NCBI GenBank assembly: GCA_047495785.1
Contig: JBLDXI010000032.1
Location: 186,001-250,000 of the forward strand
Reading direction: 5' to 3'
Length of the DNA stretch: 64,000 nt
DNA from: Lepidodermella squamata
Taxonomy: Eukaryota > Animalia > Gastrotricha
Shown: positions 60,710 through 64,000 of the stretch, one piece after another
Position numbering within the stretch: position 1 is the first letter of the stretch
How the letters are laid out: the number at the start of each line of letters is the position of its first letter
Position numbers and translations under genes: made by a program
Notes under the pieces: model-generated
What the model saw: the letters and a program-made list of their open reading frames with translations, nothing else
What the model was told of the DNA's origin: nothing
Database searches by the model: none

Positions 60710-63700
60710 ATGAAGACAAGATGGTGGTTGCTATTACTGTTTCTGCTTCTTCTCTGCAGTGGACTTCTCTTTCTTGGGGTGGTACTTAAAATTCGCCAAG
60801 ATTACATTCGAGACCTCGAAAATCTACAAGCGATCACCGCCAGAATCCGCGAGGAGCAATTAACCGGAGCTACGGCGGCTTCGAGTTTAAATTCCAGCCT
60901 TAAAATCACCGTAACTCCTCGGCCGCGATTTCCACCTCTGAACAAAGCCGCGGCGTTAGGCTCATGCCAATCGTCGAATATTTGCGAAGATCAAATAAGG
61001 GCCATGTTCGGCCATATGAATTTACGAGCCGATCCTTGCGATAATTTTTACGAATTTGTATGCGGCAATTATCAACGCGTTCATCCCGTTGATGAGGGCG
61101 ATAATTACACGACTTACAATGGATATCTTGGAAAATTGGCAAAAACTAAGATGATTAATCTCTTTGGTAATTTCAAATTCTTTTACATTTTCAAAAATAT
61201 AAATAAATTCTATTAAAATTGCTTACAAATTAAAAAAGCCAGTTTATTAAATTTCTTTTAATTGAAATTGAAATTGAAATTATTGAAATTTATTAAAATT
61301 AATTTTGAAATTTTAAAATCCATAGTTTAAGCAATACCGTAGATCGGTACAATTTTGAACAAGTACAAAGTTGAACATTTTTTCAAAAGTACAATTTTGA
61401 ACGAGCGTTTGCATTGAAAATTTCGTTAATGTTCAAAATTGTACTTCACACTCACGAAAGTACAATTTTGAACACTTTCATTTTTTTCAATGCAAAAACG
61501 TTCGTTCAAAATTGTACTTTTGAAAAAATGTTCAAAGTTGTACCCTGTTCAAAATTGTACCGCTCTACGGTATCTCAGATTTGAATTCTTTTAATTAATT
61601 TCAGTAAAATGCAATTTAAATTTTAAATTTTTCAACAGGCGATCCTTCAAAATTTATGGAAGATTCTGAGCTAAAGGTCAAGGCCTTTTATGATACCTGC
61701 ATCCGAGCCAGTGATTGGGCGTCAAATGACGCCAGTTTCCGAACTCACCTGGCCCACCTCGGTGGGTGGAGTTATTACCGCTCGAAAACCGGCGCCGAAA
61801 TTTTAAGTCTCAACGAACGCATCAATCGTCTAAGCTACTACACCCATGACCATTTATTCAAATTTTACGTCGACAATCTTGAAGGCTCTTCAAACCAGGT
61901 TTTTGTCGTTTCTGTCGGGTCGTTTCGCGGCGCAGCGATGCCAGATGAACATGCCGAGAGCGTTTCCGTGCTTTTCGAACGCCTCCTCGGGCCTTATTTC
62001 TCGCGAGTTCGTGGTAAAATTAAAACCTTCGAGAAGCAACTGGTGGAGGTGGATAGCGGCTGGCGAGACGCGTCTTACGTTGAGACAAGCGCCGTGCGTT
62101 TGAATAGATGTTGCAATATGTTGAACTGGACGTCGATAATCGACAGTTTTGCTAAAAATGTCGGCTATAACGAGATGCGAATTCAGATTTTCTACACTAC
62201 ATCTACGTTTTGTTCGTATTTGACGAGGCTGTGCAAATTTATGGAAAATCAAATGAGCACAAAACAGGTGAGTGGAAAAACAATAATAATTAAATTAAAT
62301 TAACTATTATTTTTTTTATTTTTTAACTTCTTAAACTTTTTAAAATTTGAACCGAAATACCAAGATCAACCGTATCAAGACAATTTTGAGAAAAAGTTTG
62401 AAATTAAAATTGAAATTCTAATTTCATGATAAAGGAATGATTTTTGGTTTCTATTTCAAAGTTCTCAAAAGAAAATCTAGCACCAATTTTGGCTGGATGG
62501 GTCTAAAATTTCAATATTCCTACTTCAAAATTGATGCACCCAATTACCCTTGGATTTTGTATTACCTAGTATGCCCTCAATTATGTAGGTAGGCACAATT
62601 TCAATGTTAATTTCTATAAGTCGGGTGACATCGAAAAAATCACTGATTTTTGGAATCGATACTCGATACGGTAAATCGATATCGGCTCAGCCATCAATCG
62701 GTTGGGCAAGATACCCAATAAAAAGTTTAGATTCCAAAGTTAACTTCAACGTTCAGCTCGGGAAACCATTTATTTGGGGAAATTGAGTGCTGGAACCCCA
62801 TTGGAACCCCGAATTTAGCGCGCCCAACTTAGGTTATTAGGCGCCATAATATTATGATGATATTTTTTATTTTTTTTCCCCAGGGACGTGATATTCTTGA
62901 AGACTACCTCATCACAAAAGCTTTCCTACCTTACGTCGATATAATCAACCAAACCGATGCCCCGAATATCACAGCTGAGCTGCAACAAGCCTGTCTCACC
63001 GAAACCGCTACCTCCCTCCCATTCGCAGTAGCCTCAATCTACCGAAAACACCTATTCGACGGCTGGCAAAATATAGACGAACTGCGGCAAATCGCGTCAG
63101 AAATCATCACAAGCTATTCGACAGCAGTATCCGACTCGCCGCTATTGTCGCCTGGGTCAAAGTCTGAAATTAGGTCAATTTTGGACAAAACCGCATTTCG
63201 CGTCGGTCCGCCTAATTGGGCGCTCAATCAAACGCAACTAAACCAATTTTACCAACCGTTTAATTTCGTTACTAATGCTAGTTATTTTACTAACAAACTT
63301 CAAGTTCGAGCATTTAATTTTCGCCAACATTTACGGGCCGTTTTCTCGGGCAGTCGGAACTTCGAACTAGGCACCATGTGCCCGTTAGACGTTGCCGTTG
63401 CGATGTTTAACCCGACTAATACGGTGGTCTTTCAATACCCGGCAGCTCAGAGGCCGAATTTCGACCCTGAATATCTGGACGCTGTTAGGTTCGGCAATGT
63501 CGCGACAGCTATTGCGCACGAACTTGGCCACATTTTAGCGCGATTTCTCGACCGAAATTCGCCGTTCTACATCCGCGACGACCCTCGATTACTCTACCAG
63601 CACAAGTCTTGCATAGTCGATTTCTACTCATCCCTCGCAGGGTCGTATAAAATCGATAGAAATTTCGCGCAGGGGACATATCTGCAGGACATTGCCGATG

Positions 63701-63972
63701 TTGTAGGCCTCCAGGTGGCCTATCGTTGGTACCAGCGGCGGCGGAATCGGGATAACCAGTTTGATAGGTTGTTTTTCATTGCCCAGGCGCAGGGCTATTG
63801 TTCGGCTATGGCGCCTGGTATAACCTGGGCGGATTTAGCGGCTTCAGAACCGACTTACAGCCCAGCTCCACTTCGAGTTAGAGGAGCGGTTATGAATAAT
63901 AAAGACTTTGCGGCGGCTTTCGAGTGCCGGCCAACGAGAAAATTTTGTTCGATTTTAAACAATTACCAATAA
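60710..63972 (+). CDS. M13 neprilysin-like metallopeptidase (exons 60710-61166, 61639-62267, 62884-63972), active site degenerate
   Basis: Type II TM; DPCDNFYEFVCGNY; KVKAFYDTC; IAHELGH; QDIADVVG; FFIAQAQGYC; SPAPLRV..N..DFAAAFEC. Confidence 0.88.
61337..61570. mobile_element. Tc1/mariner-type (pogo-like) MITE in neprilysin intron 1
   Basis: TA|CCGTAGATCGGTACAATTTTGAAC ... GTTCAAAATTGTACCGCTCTACGG|TA; internal repeats of GTACAATTTTGAAC. Confidence 0.85.
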
Positions 63973-64000
63973 AAGGTGTCATTTTTACTATTTTTGTCCG

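Overview
Intron-containing eukaryotic DNA, most likely an invertebrate animal (astacin-like, PDZ-GEF, class C GPCR and neprilysin-like genes; GT-AG introns). About 1-17.5 kb: a tandem segmental duplication of a catalytically dead astacin-EGF-CUB-kringle gene plus a COP9 signalosome subunit 4 pseudogene. It is riddled with nested non-autonomous DNA transposons, an RTE fragment and a tiny hammerhead-like insertion. 18-38.9 kb: a CArG-box-flanked actin, a RAPGEF2/6-like PDZ-GEF, dispanin-like membrane proteins and a Crypton/DUF3504-derived gene. 39-59.6 kb: a compact, small-intron block with three GABA-B-like class C GPCRs, two carbohydrate sulfotransferase-family genes (one apparently inactive) and two GT10 alpha-1,3-fucosyltransferases. 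The fucosyltransferases resemble the plant core alpha-1,3-FucT type, including its C-terminal domain; they are a candidate horizontal acquisition and the most notable signal here. A degenerate M13 neprilysin-like gene ends the window. All family assignments come from motif recognition by eye; no searches were run.
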